Below the pieces are notes generated by a model. It was not told where the DNA came from. It was given only the letters and a program-made list of their open reading frames with translations, and did not search any database. The translations under genes and the position numbers were made by a program. 64,000 nucleotides of DNA from Candidatus Cloacimonadales bacterium (lineage in GTDB: Bacteria; Cloacimonadota; Cloacimonadia; Cloacimonadales; JAIOQZ01). Below are positions 26,894 to 35,262 of the stretch, in pieces; the first letter of the stretch is position 1, and every line of letters starts with the position of its first letter. The DNA lies in assembly GCA_963665815.1 (NCBI GenBank), contig OY762463.1, positions 2,848,001 to 2,912,000 of the forward strand, given 5' to 3'.

Positions 26894-27169
26894 ATGAAGA
26901 AACTCATACCATTATTTCTATTACTTGTATTATTACTTTCTGCATGTTCTCTTAACATGCCGGTTGGAGCAACAGGAAATCCTATTGGAGCAAAAACAGG
27001 GAAATTTGTTCAAACAAGTATTCTTGGTTTTCCACCTATGAAAAGTGACAAGGCTGCTATAGTTGAAGCCGCAAAAGATGGTGGAATAACAAAAATATCT
27101 ACTGTAAACTATACTGTTAAATACAAACTGTTCATTGTTGAGTATGTAACAGTTGTAACTGGCGAATAG
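26894..27169 (+). CDS. Small TRL-like lipoprotein (paralog 1)
   Basis: Lipobox LSAC; 'AT..P.G.KTG', 'AI.EAAK.GGITKISTV.Y', 'T.VTGE' motifs. Confidence 0.75.
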   Translation: MKKLIPLFLLLVLLLSACSLNMPVGATGNPIGAKTGKFVQTSILGFPPMKSDKAAIVEAAKDGGITKISTVNYTVKYKLFIVEYVTVVTGE

Positions 27170-27192
27170 TCCGCTGTTAAAAGAAGGTTATT

Positions 27193-27468
27193 ATGAAAAA
27201 GAAGATTTTTCTATTATTAAGTATCGTAATTATTCTTTCAGCGTGTTCTTATAACAGACCAGTCTGTGCAACTGAACACCCTGTAGGATCCAAAACAGGT
27301 AAGTTTACACAAATAGCAATGTTTAGATATATGCCGTCTGAAACTGATGCAGTTGCAATTCAAGAAGCTGCAAAAAATGGTGGAATAACAAAAATATCTA
27401 CAGTAGACTATATTGTGACCTATTACTTGTTTACAACAAAGTATGAGACAATTGTAACAGGTGAATAG
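27193..27468 (+). CDS. Small TRL-like lipoprotein (paralog 2)
   Basis: Same motifs as the upstream gene; tandem paralog. Confidence 0.75.
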   Translation: MKKKIFLLLSIVIILSACSYNRPVCATEHPVGSKTGKFTQIAMFRYMPSETDAVAIQEAAKNGGITKISTVDYIVTYYLFTTKYETIVTGE

Positions 27469-27486
27469 ACTTTAACGATTATCACT

Positions 27487-27515
27487 AAGGCTGCCGGTAC
27501 TCCCGACAGCCTTTT
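27487..27515. terminator. Bidirectional terminator
   Basis: AAGGCTGCCGG...CCGACAGCCTTTT between convergent genes. Confidence 0.75.
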
Positions 27516-27520
27516 ACTAT

Positions 27521-29149
27521 TTATCCCATAAATGGATATTTATAGTCTGTAGGCGGTGTGAATGTCTCTTTGACAGTTCTTGGAGATACCCACCTCTGAA
27601 GGTTAATAATTGATCCGGCTTTATCATTCGTACCTGACCCTCTACCTCCACCAAATGGCTGTTGCCCTACTACTGCTCCTGTTGGTTTATCATTAACATA
27701 GAAGTTTCCGGCAGCATTTCTCAATTTATCAAATGCTTTGATAATTGCCTGTCTGTCCTGAGCAAAAACAGCTCCTGTAAGAGCGTAAGGAGATGTACGG
27801 TCACAGATATCGAGAATTTCGTCGTAGGTCTCATCATTATAAACATACACTGTGAGCACAGGAGCAAATATCTCTTCCTGCATAGTTTTGTAGAATGGAG
27901 AATCAGCTTTGATGATTGTAGGAGTGATGAAGTAGCCTTTACTGTCATTATATGTTCCACCATATATAATCTCCGCATGCTCATCTTCTCTGGCATGCTC
28001 AATATAGGATACTGTGTTCTCAAAAGCTCTTTTATCTATGACTGCATTCACAAAGCATGAAAAGTCCTGAACAGGTCCAATTTTAATTTCATAGAGCATT
28101 TTAAAGACTTTATCCTTTACATCATTCCATAAACATCCTGGTATATAGAGTCGTGATAAAGCAGAACACTTCTGACCCTGATACTCAAAAGCTCCTCTGA
28201 CAATAGCAGTTGCCAGACTATCAACGTCAGCAGATTCATGAGCAATCAGGAAATCCTTTCCACCTGTTTCACCAACAATTCTCGGGTAGCTTTTATAATT
28301 ACGAATATTGTCTCCAATTCTTTTCCACATTGCCCCAAAAACATCTGTTGAACCGGTGAAGTGGAGACCGGCAAATAGTTCTGAGTCAAGAGCCGGATTA
28401 CCTACATTAGCTCCACTTCCCGGAAGGAAGTTTATGACTCCATCAGGAAGTCCGGCTTCCTTGAGAAGCTTCATTATGAAATAACCGGATAACACTGCCG
28501 TTGATGCTGGTTTCCAGAGTACAACATTACCCATCATTGCCGGAGCAGTTGGCAGGTTTCCCGCAATAGCTGTGAAGTTAAAAGGAGTAACACAGAAAAT
28601 ATAGCCTTCCAGAGGACGGTATTCAATGTAGTTCAGGGTTCCTCTCGGAGAGTGTGTTGGCTGTTGCTTAAAGATTTCCTGCATGTAATACGTGTTGAAC
28701 CGCCAGAAATCAATCAGCTCTGCTGCAGAGTCAATTTCTGCTTGATAAGCATTCTTACTCTGTCCCAGCATTGTGGCAGCATTAAGTGTAAAGCGATACT
28801 TGGTAGATAGCAGTTCGGCAGCTTTAATGAATATAGCAGCTTTCATCTGATAAGGTATTTTCTCCCATTCTGCTTTTGCTTTCTGGGATTCTTCAATTGC
28901 CATTCGCACTTCATTTTCTCCGGCTTTGTGGAATGTGGCCAGAACATTTTTGTGATTGTGGGGTTCGATGCATTTCCCAAGATCACCGGTACGTATTTCT
29001 TTTCCACCGATAATTAATGGGATTTCAAGGTTAAGATTTGTCAGTCGATCGAGTTCTTTTTTGAGCTCAATTCGCTCAGGAGAACCGGGTGAATAATCCA
29101 GTAATTTTTCATTCATCGGTTCCTTAAAACTGATTATAGTGTTTAACAC
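27521..29149 (-). CDS. pruA: L-glutamate gamma-semialdehyde (P5C) dehydrogenase
   Basis: AATMLGQSKNAYQAEID, PFNFTAI, HFTGST, GETGGKDF, EYQGQKCSA, NDKPTGAVVGQQPFGG motifs; GTG start after GGAGG. Confidence 0.95.
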   Translation of the reverse strand: MLNTIISFKEPMNEKLLDYSPGSPERIELKKELDRLTNLNLEIPLIIGGKEIRTGDLGKCIEPHNHKNVLATFHKAGENEVRMAIEESQKAKAEWEKIPYQMKAAIFIKAAELLSTKYRFTLNAATMLGQSKNAYQAEIDSAAELIDFWRFNTYYMQEIFKQQPTHSPRGTLNYIEYRPLEGYIFCVTPFNFTAIAGNLPTAPAMMGNVVLWKPASTAVLSGYFIMKLLKEAGLPDGVINFLPGSGANVGNPALDSELFAGLHFTGSTDVFGAMWKRIGDNIRNYKSYPRIVGETGGKDFLIAHESADVDSLATAIVRGAFEYQGQKCSALSRLYIPGCLWNDVKDKVFKMLYEIKIGPVQDFSCFVNAVIDKRAFENTVSYIEHAREDEHAEIIYGGTYNDSKGYFITPTIIKADSPFYKTMQEEIFAPVLTVYVYNDETYDEILDICDRTSPYALTGAVFAQDRQAIIKAFDKLRNAAGNFYVNDKPTGAVVGQQPFGGGRGSGTNDKAGSIINLQRWVSPRTVKETFTPPTDYKYPFMG

Positions 29150-29228
29150 TTTTCCTCCAAAATTTTATTATTACTTTGGAGACGAAGTCAGAATGAGGGT
29201 ACTATGAGCCTGTAACAGTCTCATTCCT

Positions 29229-29327
29229 TTCGCCTTTCCAAGCACGGGAGGCATAACTGTTTCCGGTTATACCCTATCGGTAATCCGTCATGTCCTATAT
29301 GGATTTAGACTGCAATTACTCGGCGTT
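29229..29327 (-). ncRNA. Moco/tungsten-cofactor riboswitch class aptamer, P3-lacking form
   Basis: Minus-strand RNA reads CGCCGAG-[GUAAUU..GUCUAAA UCC AUAUA GGA CAUGAC..GAUUAC]-CGAUAGGGUAUAAC-CGGAAACA-GUUAUGCCUCCCGUGCUUGGAAAGGCG. This matches the Moco motif hallmarks: CCGAG, tetraloop receptor in P2, AGGG...GAAA...GCCUCCCG...GGAAAGG, and P1 CGCC/GGCG. Confidence 0.85.
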
Positions 29328-29334
29328 TATAGAG

Positions 29335-29362
29335 AAACTAAATAATACAGGTTTCATGTCAA
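29335..29362 (-). promoter_or_regulatory. Sigma70-type promoter for the riboswitch-pruA transcript
   Basis: TTGACA-16 bp-TAGTTT; the predicted start lies just before the aptamer. Confidence 0.55.
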
Positions 29363-29437
29363 GTACAGTTCCTATTTCCTGCAGAAAAACATTGATATTA
29401 ATGCACAATTGAATATCTTATATAGACAAAAATAAAT

Positions 29438-29857
29438 ATGGAGAACGAAATGCTTATAAAACCCATAAATACAGTTGTCTGTACCGAAGACTTCAAGAAA
29501 ATGCTGGATTGGTATATCAATACATTCGATATGGAACCAATTTACTTTAAAGGTATGGAGAACAGCTATGTAGATCTGAAATCCGGAGATAAAATCCTGA
29601 TCGGCATGAGTGCTTACAATTCGGAAGATGAACCTTTATACAATCCGAGACGAAATGCTACTTACATGCAGATTTCATGCAGTCACATCTTTACTCTTTT
29701 TGACAGAGTTAAGAACACAGGAGGAGAGGTGATGTTTGGACCTTCTCAGGATACAGGTTACTGGTATGGTGGAATTAAAGATCCGGAAGGTAATACAATC
29801 TGGGTATTCACTCCTGATGAAGACCTGAAAGAAGATATACCGCCAGAGCTTAAGTAG
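29438..29857 (+). CDS. VOC/glyoxalase-family protein
   Basis: 'WY...F', 'GG.V..GP', 'IKDPEGN.I.V' motifs. Confidence 0.8.
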   Translation: MENEMLIKPINTVVCTEDFKKMLDWYINTFDMEPIYFKGMENSYVDLKSGDKILIGMSAYNSEDEPLYNPRRNATYMQISCSHIFTLFDRVKNTGGEVMFGPSQDTGYWYGGIKDPEGNTIWVFTPDEDLKEDIPPELK

Positions 29858-29885
29858 ACAATACTACAGATTGTCAGACGAAATA

Positions 29886-30119
29886 TTATTTAATCTCTCC
29901 CATTCTTTTCAGAAAGAGGTAGAAGTCTTCAACTTTCTGTCTTGCCCAAGGGGTTTTACGTAGAAACTTGAGGCTTGAGTTGATTGAAGGATCATTTTTG
30001 AAACAGTTAATGTTTATATGTTTTCCAAGATCATCCCAACCACAATAGTCTACAAGTGAGTTGAGAATCATCTTCAGTGTTTTTCCGTGCAGGGGATTGT
30101 TTGCGTTTTTATTGTCCAT
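29886..30119 (-). CDS. VF530/DUF2132-family small protein
   Basis: [13 protein letters not shown]...[25 protein letters not shown]. Confidence 0.9.
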   Translation of the reverse strand: MDNKNANNPLHGKTLKMILNSLVDYCGWDDLGKHININCFKNDPSINSSLKFLRKTPWARQKVEDFYLFLKRMGEIK

Positions 30120-30151
30120 TTGTCCTCATTTTAATTAGTAGTAGCAACCGA

Positions 30152-31879
30152 TCATTCTCTGATCAGTTCCTGCCAGAATTCCAGCATCAGCCATTTCTCG
30201 ATATTGGCTGCATGTGACCTTTCTCCGGTTTTGAATTTGTTGTACCAGTCTGATATTATCCTATAATCATATAGACTGTTATTCTTAACTTCAAGAGAGT
30301 TGATTTTATCGGTAAGATACTCAGAGATTGTGTTCAGGAAATCCGCAGATCTGTTATCAACATACAGCTTTCCCTTTAAATGTTGTATTCTGGCAAAGAT
30401 GTAGCCTTTATAAAGCCCTGAACCGTAAGGTACATTTGTACCGTAGCGTCCTTGTGTGAATTTCCTGAGCTCAGGGTAGTTCCTCTTGACTATGGATCGG
30501 CTTAACTTGCTGTCATTACGCTCTTTCTCAGAAAAAGCAAACACTTCTTTCAGAAATACTGGCTGTAAATAGGGCATAAAATTTGGTAGGATAGAATCCA
30601 TGTGAGCCTGAAATAAGGATGCACTGTTAGGCATAAGATACTTAACGCGCATTACATCGAACCAGTCCCCGTAGCTTCCTTCTGACAAATCAGGTAGTTT
30701 GTCAGCTTCATTCTTCATGCAGGATTTTACTGAGTTTACAAGGCTTTTCTGTATATCTGGATTGAATATACTGAGTGGAACAGGTTTGCGAAACATCATG
30801 GCTATTTCATCGTAGTTTTTGTCTTTGAAATAACTGCGACCATCCAGAATTATTCTGTTGGCAACAGCTCTTCGCATAAGATCGCCCATTCCACCATCTA
30901 TCATACTGAATCCCTGAGAATACAACTCTTTGAAATATAGCTGATTCCGTAAAACAGATGGAACAGAGCGCATCTGAGTATGATAAACAAAATCTCTGGC
31001 TTCTTTTAAAGTATTGTTTATGCTCGTAAATTCCTTGTACAATACCTGATGACTGAATCCTAACTTTTTTGACATCTCTACAGGAATGTAAACATCAGGA
31101 TTATGTTCTTCTCCAAAAGTATGTGCTGAGAATTTATGGCTGCTGTTTTTCAAAAGCAGACCAAGCAGCAGACGTGAGTCCATACCACCGGACAGTCCCA
31201 GAGATACTTTCTGTCCTGAATCTGACATCAATCTTGTGAAATTGCTCAGGATTTGTTCAAGCTTATCAAAGTTCTTCTTCGTTTTTCCAAAGACTGTATA
31301 TGGTCTACGTTCTATATTCAGCTTAACGTTACTGATAATGTTTTTCTCATTAGGTCCCATTTTAATGACGTCTTTGATGAAACATTTATAACTGAGTGGA
31401 TTCATTGAAAGCAAATGTGTAGCGAACACTTCATAGTCAATTTGTGGAGAAGGAATCAGCTTTACGAGCCAATCCAGTCTGGTAGAAAACAGGAATGTCT
31501 CCTCCAGCTCATATATATAAACAGATCTTAGTCCAAGTTCATCATTGCGGAATTCCAGTGTATTATTGTAATACCTGACAGTCAGATAATGTCCGTTTAA
31601 TGCGGAATAGTTGTTTTCGGTAATCCTGTTATGCCATTCAGGCTGTGAAACAATTTTATAGTTGGAACTATCAGAGATATCTATCCCCAGTCCATTGCAG
31701 AACCAGGTTGATTCAGCATCAGAACCGTAAAAGCATGTCTCTTTGATACCTCCACTGTAAATCAGCAGTTTATCCGATTCAAAAGCATGAATATGCTCAG
31801 GAATCAGCCTCTGAATCTGTTTTTTTAGATCAGGATTAAGCGACTTATTTTTTGATATTGTTCCGATTATCCAGCTCAT
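30152..31879 (-). CDS. Asparagine synthetase-like (AsnB-related) ATP-dependent amidoligase
   Basis: 'D.LGLRSVY' Ntn-like region, PP-loop LSGGMDSR, C-terminal 'W..LE.W'; no Cys at position 2. Confidence 0.7.
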   Translation of the reverse strand: MSWIIGTISKNKSLNPDLKKQIQRLIPEHIHAFESDKLLIYSGGIKETCFYGSDAESTWFCNGLGIDISDSSNYKIVSQPEWHNRITENNYSALNGHYLTVRYYNNTLEFRNDELGLRSVYIYELEETFLFSTRLDWLVKLIPSPQIDYEVFATHLLSMNPLSYKCFIKDVIKMGPNEKNIISNVKLNIERRPYTVFGKTKKNFDKLEQILSNFTRLMSDSGQKVSLGLSGGMDSRLLLGLLLKNSSHKFSAHTFGEEHNPDVYIPVEMSKKLGFSHQVLYKEFTSINNTLKEARDFVYHTQMRSVPSVLRNQLYFKELYSQGFSMIDGGMGDLMRRAVANRIILDGRSYFKDKNYDEIAMMFRKPVPLSIFNPDIQKSLVNSVKSCMKNEADKLPDLSEGSYGDWFDVMRVKYLMPNSASLFQAHMDSILPNFMPYLQPVFLKEVFAFSEKERNDSKLSRSIVKRNYPELRKFTQGRYGTNVPYGSGLYKGYIFARIQHLKGKLYVDNRSADFLNTISEYLTDKINSLEVKNNSLYDYRIISDWYNKFKTGERSHAANIEKWLMLEFWQELIRE

Positions 31880-32437
31880 AGGGCTCTCTCATTGTTTTAT
31901 ACTGCATTAAAAGCGGGGCTTAAAAATTTGGCAATGAATTTTCTTTTTTCATTTCTTTTAATAAGAAATGAAGATTGTTAGAACAAGAGAAGTTGATTCG
32001 ATTGCTGAATTAATCAGGTTAAAATCTGAATGAGCTTATTTTGAATACTTGATAATGAGTTCAAAATTTCATCGAAACTTTTTGCAATAACGGTTTGAGT
32101 TTTATTAATAATACAAAGATATTCAATATGGTTTCTTCATTTTCTTTGGTGTCCATAGAAAAGAAGCAAAAGAAAGGACATCTTTTTCAGAATGTATTTT
32201 CAGCAAGCTGAAGCCAAAAATCATCCCTGAAATCCTTCCAAGGCTTCCGGATTTCTTAACGGGACAATTTAATATAAAGAGAAAAGAATTAAAATACCCA
32301 TATAATCTATATATTCCAAAAAAAACGGAACCTACTCCAAAGATGTTTCATGGAGGACACAGGTGTTAATCTTTTTATTGACTCCAATCCCCTGAAAATT
32401 AACTTATCTTTGAAAATCAATTTAGAAGGAGATATCT

Positions 32438-33184
32438 ATGTATAAATTAGTACTGCTTCGTCATGGAGAAAGCGACTGGAACAAACAGAATCGTTTTACA
32501 GGCTGGACTGATGTCGATCTTTCCGAAAAAGGAAGAAAAGAAGCTAAACAAGCAGGTATAGCATTAAAAAAAGAAAACTTTCAGTTTGATGTTGCTTATA
32601 CATCCGTACTGAAAAGAGCAATAAGAACTTTATGGATTGTACTCGATGAAATGGATCTGATGTGGATTCCCGTGCATCGCTGCTACAAGCTTAACGAACG
32701 TCATTACGGTGATCTGCAGGGTTACAACAAAGCGGAAATGGCAGCTAAAGTCGGTGAAGATCAGGTTCTTGTCTGGAGAAGAAGTTTTGATATTCCACCT
32801 CCTGTACTCAGCAAAGACGATGAACGCCATCCATGCCACGACAGACGTTACGCAGAACTCAGCGAAGAAGAAGTTCCCGGAACAGAAAGTCTTAAGCTTA
32901 CAATAGATAGAATGCTCCCTTACTGGCACGATGTTATCTCAAAAGATATTCTTGCAGGTAAAAACGTTCTCATTGCCGCTCATGGTAACAGTCTCAGAGC
33001 TCTCGTTAAATATCTCGATGATGTTTCAGAAGAAGCTATAGTAAAGCTTAACATTCCTACAGGTATTCCTCTTGTATATGAACTTGATGAAAACCTCAAG
33101 CCTATAAAACATTATTATCTTGCTGATGAGGAAGCTGTTCAGGCTGCCATGCATAAAGTGGCTAATCAGGGGAAAGCTAAATAG
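32438..33184 (+). CDS. gpmA: 2,3-bisphosphoglycerate-dependent phosphoglycerate mutase
   Basis: LLRHGES.WN..NRFTGW.DV, LNERHYG, AHGNSLR motifs. Confidence 0.97.
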   Translation: MYKLVLLRHGESDWNKQNRFTGWTDVDLSEKGRKEAKQAGIALKKENFQFDVAYTSVLKRAIRTLWIVLDEMDLMWIPVHRCYKLNERHYGDLQGYNKAEMAAKVGEDQVLVWRRSFDIPPPVLSKDDERHPCHDRRYAELSEEEVPGTESLKLTIDRMLPYWHDVISKDILAGKNVLIAAHGNSLRALVKYLDDVSEEAIVKLNIPTGIPLVYELDENLKPIKHYYLADEEAVQAAMHKVANQGKAK

Positions 33185-33211
33185 TTATCTAAGTAATAAA
33201 TCACATATTCA

Positions 33212-33239
33212 GTCCCTTCGTTTTCGGAGGGATTTTTTT
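33212..33239. terminator. Intrinsic terminator
   Basis: TCCCTTCG...CGGAGGGA followed by a T-run. Confidence 0.7.
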
Positions 33240-34362
33240 ATTTTATCTCAATATCATAAACAGTGATAACATTTGATTCATTGTTATACTCAAACAAACG
33301 ATTATTCCTGATGATAAGTTTTGTATCTTTTACTTCTTGTGGTGTACTGTATTTTTTTTTCAGTAAACTTACTAACACACCTTCTGAATAAAACCTGAAC
33401 ACAGTAATTGAATTTTCCAGACTACCGGTTACTGTGACGAACAATCTGTGTTTTTTAATATAATGGATTGAATCCCATACTCTTTTAGTTCTGATAAAGG
33501 GATTTTCTTCGAAAATGTCTTCTCCATATAGTTCACGGATAATTTCTTTTTCCTTTTCTGTTCTTTCCGTCTTTATTTTCTTGTTTTTAAAAGTGTACTT
33601 GTAAGTCAGTTGCTTGTCGAGGACATCAAAACTGGGCTCAGTGTCATTACGGATTCCTACAATTATTTCATCATCTGTTACTACAGCACTTGTTTTGAAA
33701 AAGTCACCTTCCAGCAAAAGGTTAAAGTCTGTTGGTTCCATTTTATAGATGCATATATCATTAAACTCAGAATCAATTTTCTTGACGATATATTGTGTCA
33801 TCAATCCATCATCAACTACAAATGCTTTGTCTCCCATCAGAAAAATGTTTCCATCTTCCCTGTTAACATGAATCTTGTGTGAAGAAAGTCGAAACCTCTC
33901 AAAATCATGTATGCCATTGACATATTCAAGCTTATCATCCAAAGTAACAATTTTCCCCATAGTACTATGCAGATAAATATGATCCGATACATATATTGCG
34001 GAATACTCCTTGGCTTCTGCAGGACCGGAGCCTTTAAAACAATTATTTTTTATCAAATTGCCATTTTGATCATAAATAAAAAGCTCTAAATCATACATGT
34101 TCCAGATATAGTATTTATTATCATAATATGCAGCATCAGTCATGCTGAAAAAAGAGGTCTTGTCTGGAATCAGTTCATTATATCCCTGTATTTCTAAAAC
34201 AGGGCTGAAATTTATTTTCATTTCCGGTCTGGCTGGATTACCCTTATTATATATTATTCTCTTACCTTCAACGATAGTCTCTTCATATGTCAATGTCTGC
34301 CTGCCACATCCCGAAAACCATATTAATACTGATAGAACTAATAATAACATAATGTTCTTCAT
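33238..34362 (-). CDS. Putative 6-bladed beta-propeller lipoprotein
   Basis: Lipobox FSGC; KGSGPAE blade motif; 'IYD..G.LI' strands. Confidence 0.6.
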   Translation of the reverse strand: MKNIMLLLVLSVLIWFSGCGRQTLTYEETIVEGKRIIYNKGNPARPEMKINFSPVLEIQGYNELIPDKTSFFSMTDAAYYDNKYYIWNMYDLELFIYDQNGNLIKNNCFKGSGPAEAKEYSAIYVSDHIYLHSTMGKIVTLDDKLEYVNGIHDFERFRLSSHKIHVNREDGNIFLMGDKAFVVDDGLMTQYIVKKIDSEFNDICIYKMEPTDFNLLLEGDFFKTSAVVTDDEIIVGIRNDTEPSFDVLDKQLTYKYTFKNKKIKTERTEKEKEIIRELYGEDIFEENPFIRTKRVWDSIHYIKKHRLFVTVTGSLENSITVFRFYSEGVLVSLLKKKYSTPQEVKDTKLIIRNNRLFEYNNESNVITVYDIEIK

Positions 34363-34495
34363 TTTACTGCTCCTCTTTTTATGCAGAAGTTATAGTCAAT
34401 AACCTTAAATTGATTCTAATTCTTTATACGGTTAAAGTTTAGGGGAATGGATCGGTCAGAGTCAAGTAAATTATCGGATAGAGCAAATGAAAATA

Positions 34496-34524
34496 AAAAG
34501 CCTGCCGAGTAATCAGCAGGCTTT
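34496..34524 (-). terminator. Terminator of groES-trxA
   Basis: AAAGCCTGC...GCAGGCTTT. Confidence 0.75.
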
Positions 34525-34547
34525 AAAATCTAAATAATTATCTGTAA

Positions 34548-34868
34548 TTAGATGTATTGATTGAGTTTTTCTTCGATTTTAGTTTTTGGAACTAAACCGA
34601 TAATCTGTTCTTGAACCTGTCCGCCTTTAAAAAGAAGCAGTGTAGGAATTGACATTACTTGATATTTTGTAGCCACTTGAGGACTTTCATCAACGTTAAC
34701 TTTTACGATGTTTACTTTACCTTTCATTTCTACGGCAAGTTCATCTATTGTTGGAGTCAACGCTTTACAAGGACCACACCATGGAGCCCATAAGTCTACA
34801 AGCACCGGGATATCTGAATTTAATACAACCTGATCGAAATTGGCATCGTTTACGTGTGCTGCTGCCAT
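34548..34868 (-). CDS. trxA: Thioredoxin
   Basis: WAPWCGPCK and SIPTL motifs. Confidence 0.97.
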   Translation of the reverse strand: MAAAHVNDANFDQVVLNSDIPVLVDLWAPWCGPCKALTPTIDELAVEMKGKVNIVKVNVDESPQVATKYQVMSIPTLLLFKGGQVQEQIIGLVPKTKIEEKLNQYI

Positions 34869-34872
34869 AATG

Positions 34873-35142
34873 CTACTCGATTACCGCAAGAATGTCATTT
34901 CTTGAAACGATGAGATATTTCTTGTTTTCAACTTCGACTTCTGTTCCGCCGTATTTTCCATAGAGTATCTTATCACCGACTTTTACGATTTCCTGTAATT
35001 CTTCATCTGTACCAACAGCAATGATTTCACCAATTTGTGGTTTTTCTTTAGCTGTATCAGGAATGATGATTCCACCAACTGTTTTTTGTTCTAACGCTTT
35101 AGGTTCAATAACAACTCTGTCGTCGATAGGTTTAATTGTCAT
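34873..35142 (-). CDS. groES: Co-chaperonin GroES
   Basis: IKPIDDRVVI, GGIIIPDTAKEKPQ, KYGGTEV, DILAVIE; ATG at 35142 after GGAGG. Confidence 0.95.
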   Translation of the reverse strand: MTIKPIDDRVVIEPKALEQKTVGGIIIPDTAKEKPQIGEIIAVGTDEELQEIVKVGDKILYGKYGGTEVEVENKKYLIVSRNDILAVIE

Positions 35143-35198
35143 AAGTACCTCCATTTATTCTTTATTTTTTTAAATTAATTTACTGTACTTTTATTAAA

Positions 35199-35225
35199 TT
35201 AGCAAACTCTTTTTACGACTGCCAG
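35199..35225. promoter_or_regulatory. Degenerate CIRCE (HrcA operator) at the groES promoter
   Basis: TTAGCAAAC-N9-GACTGCCAG versus consensus TTAGCACTC-N9-GAGTGCTAA; directly downstream of TTGACT (-35) at 35232-35237 on the minus strand. Confidence 0.65.
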
Positions 35226-35262
35226 TTTTTTAGTCAAGTAATTTTAGTAAAAATGTGATTAA

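Noticed and set aside
30152-31879. Lasso peptide cluster
   Set aside because: No precursor, RRE or B protease gene is adjacent.
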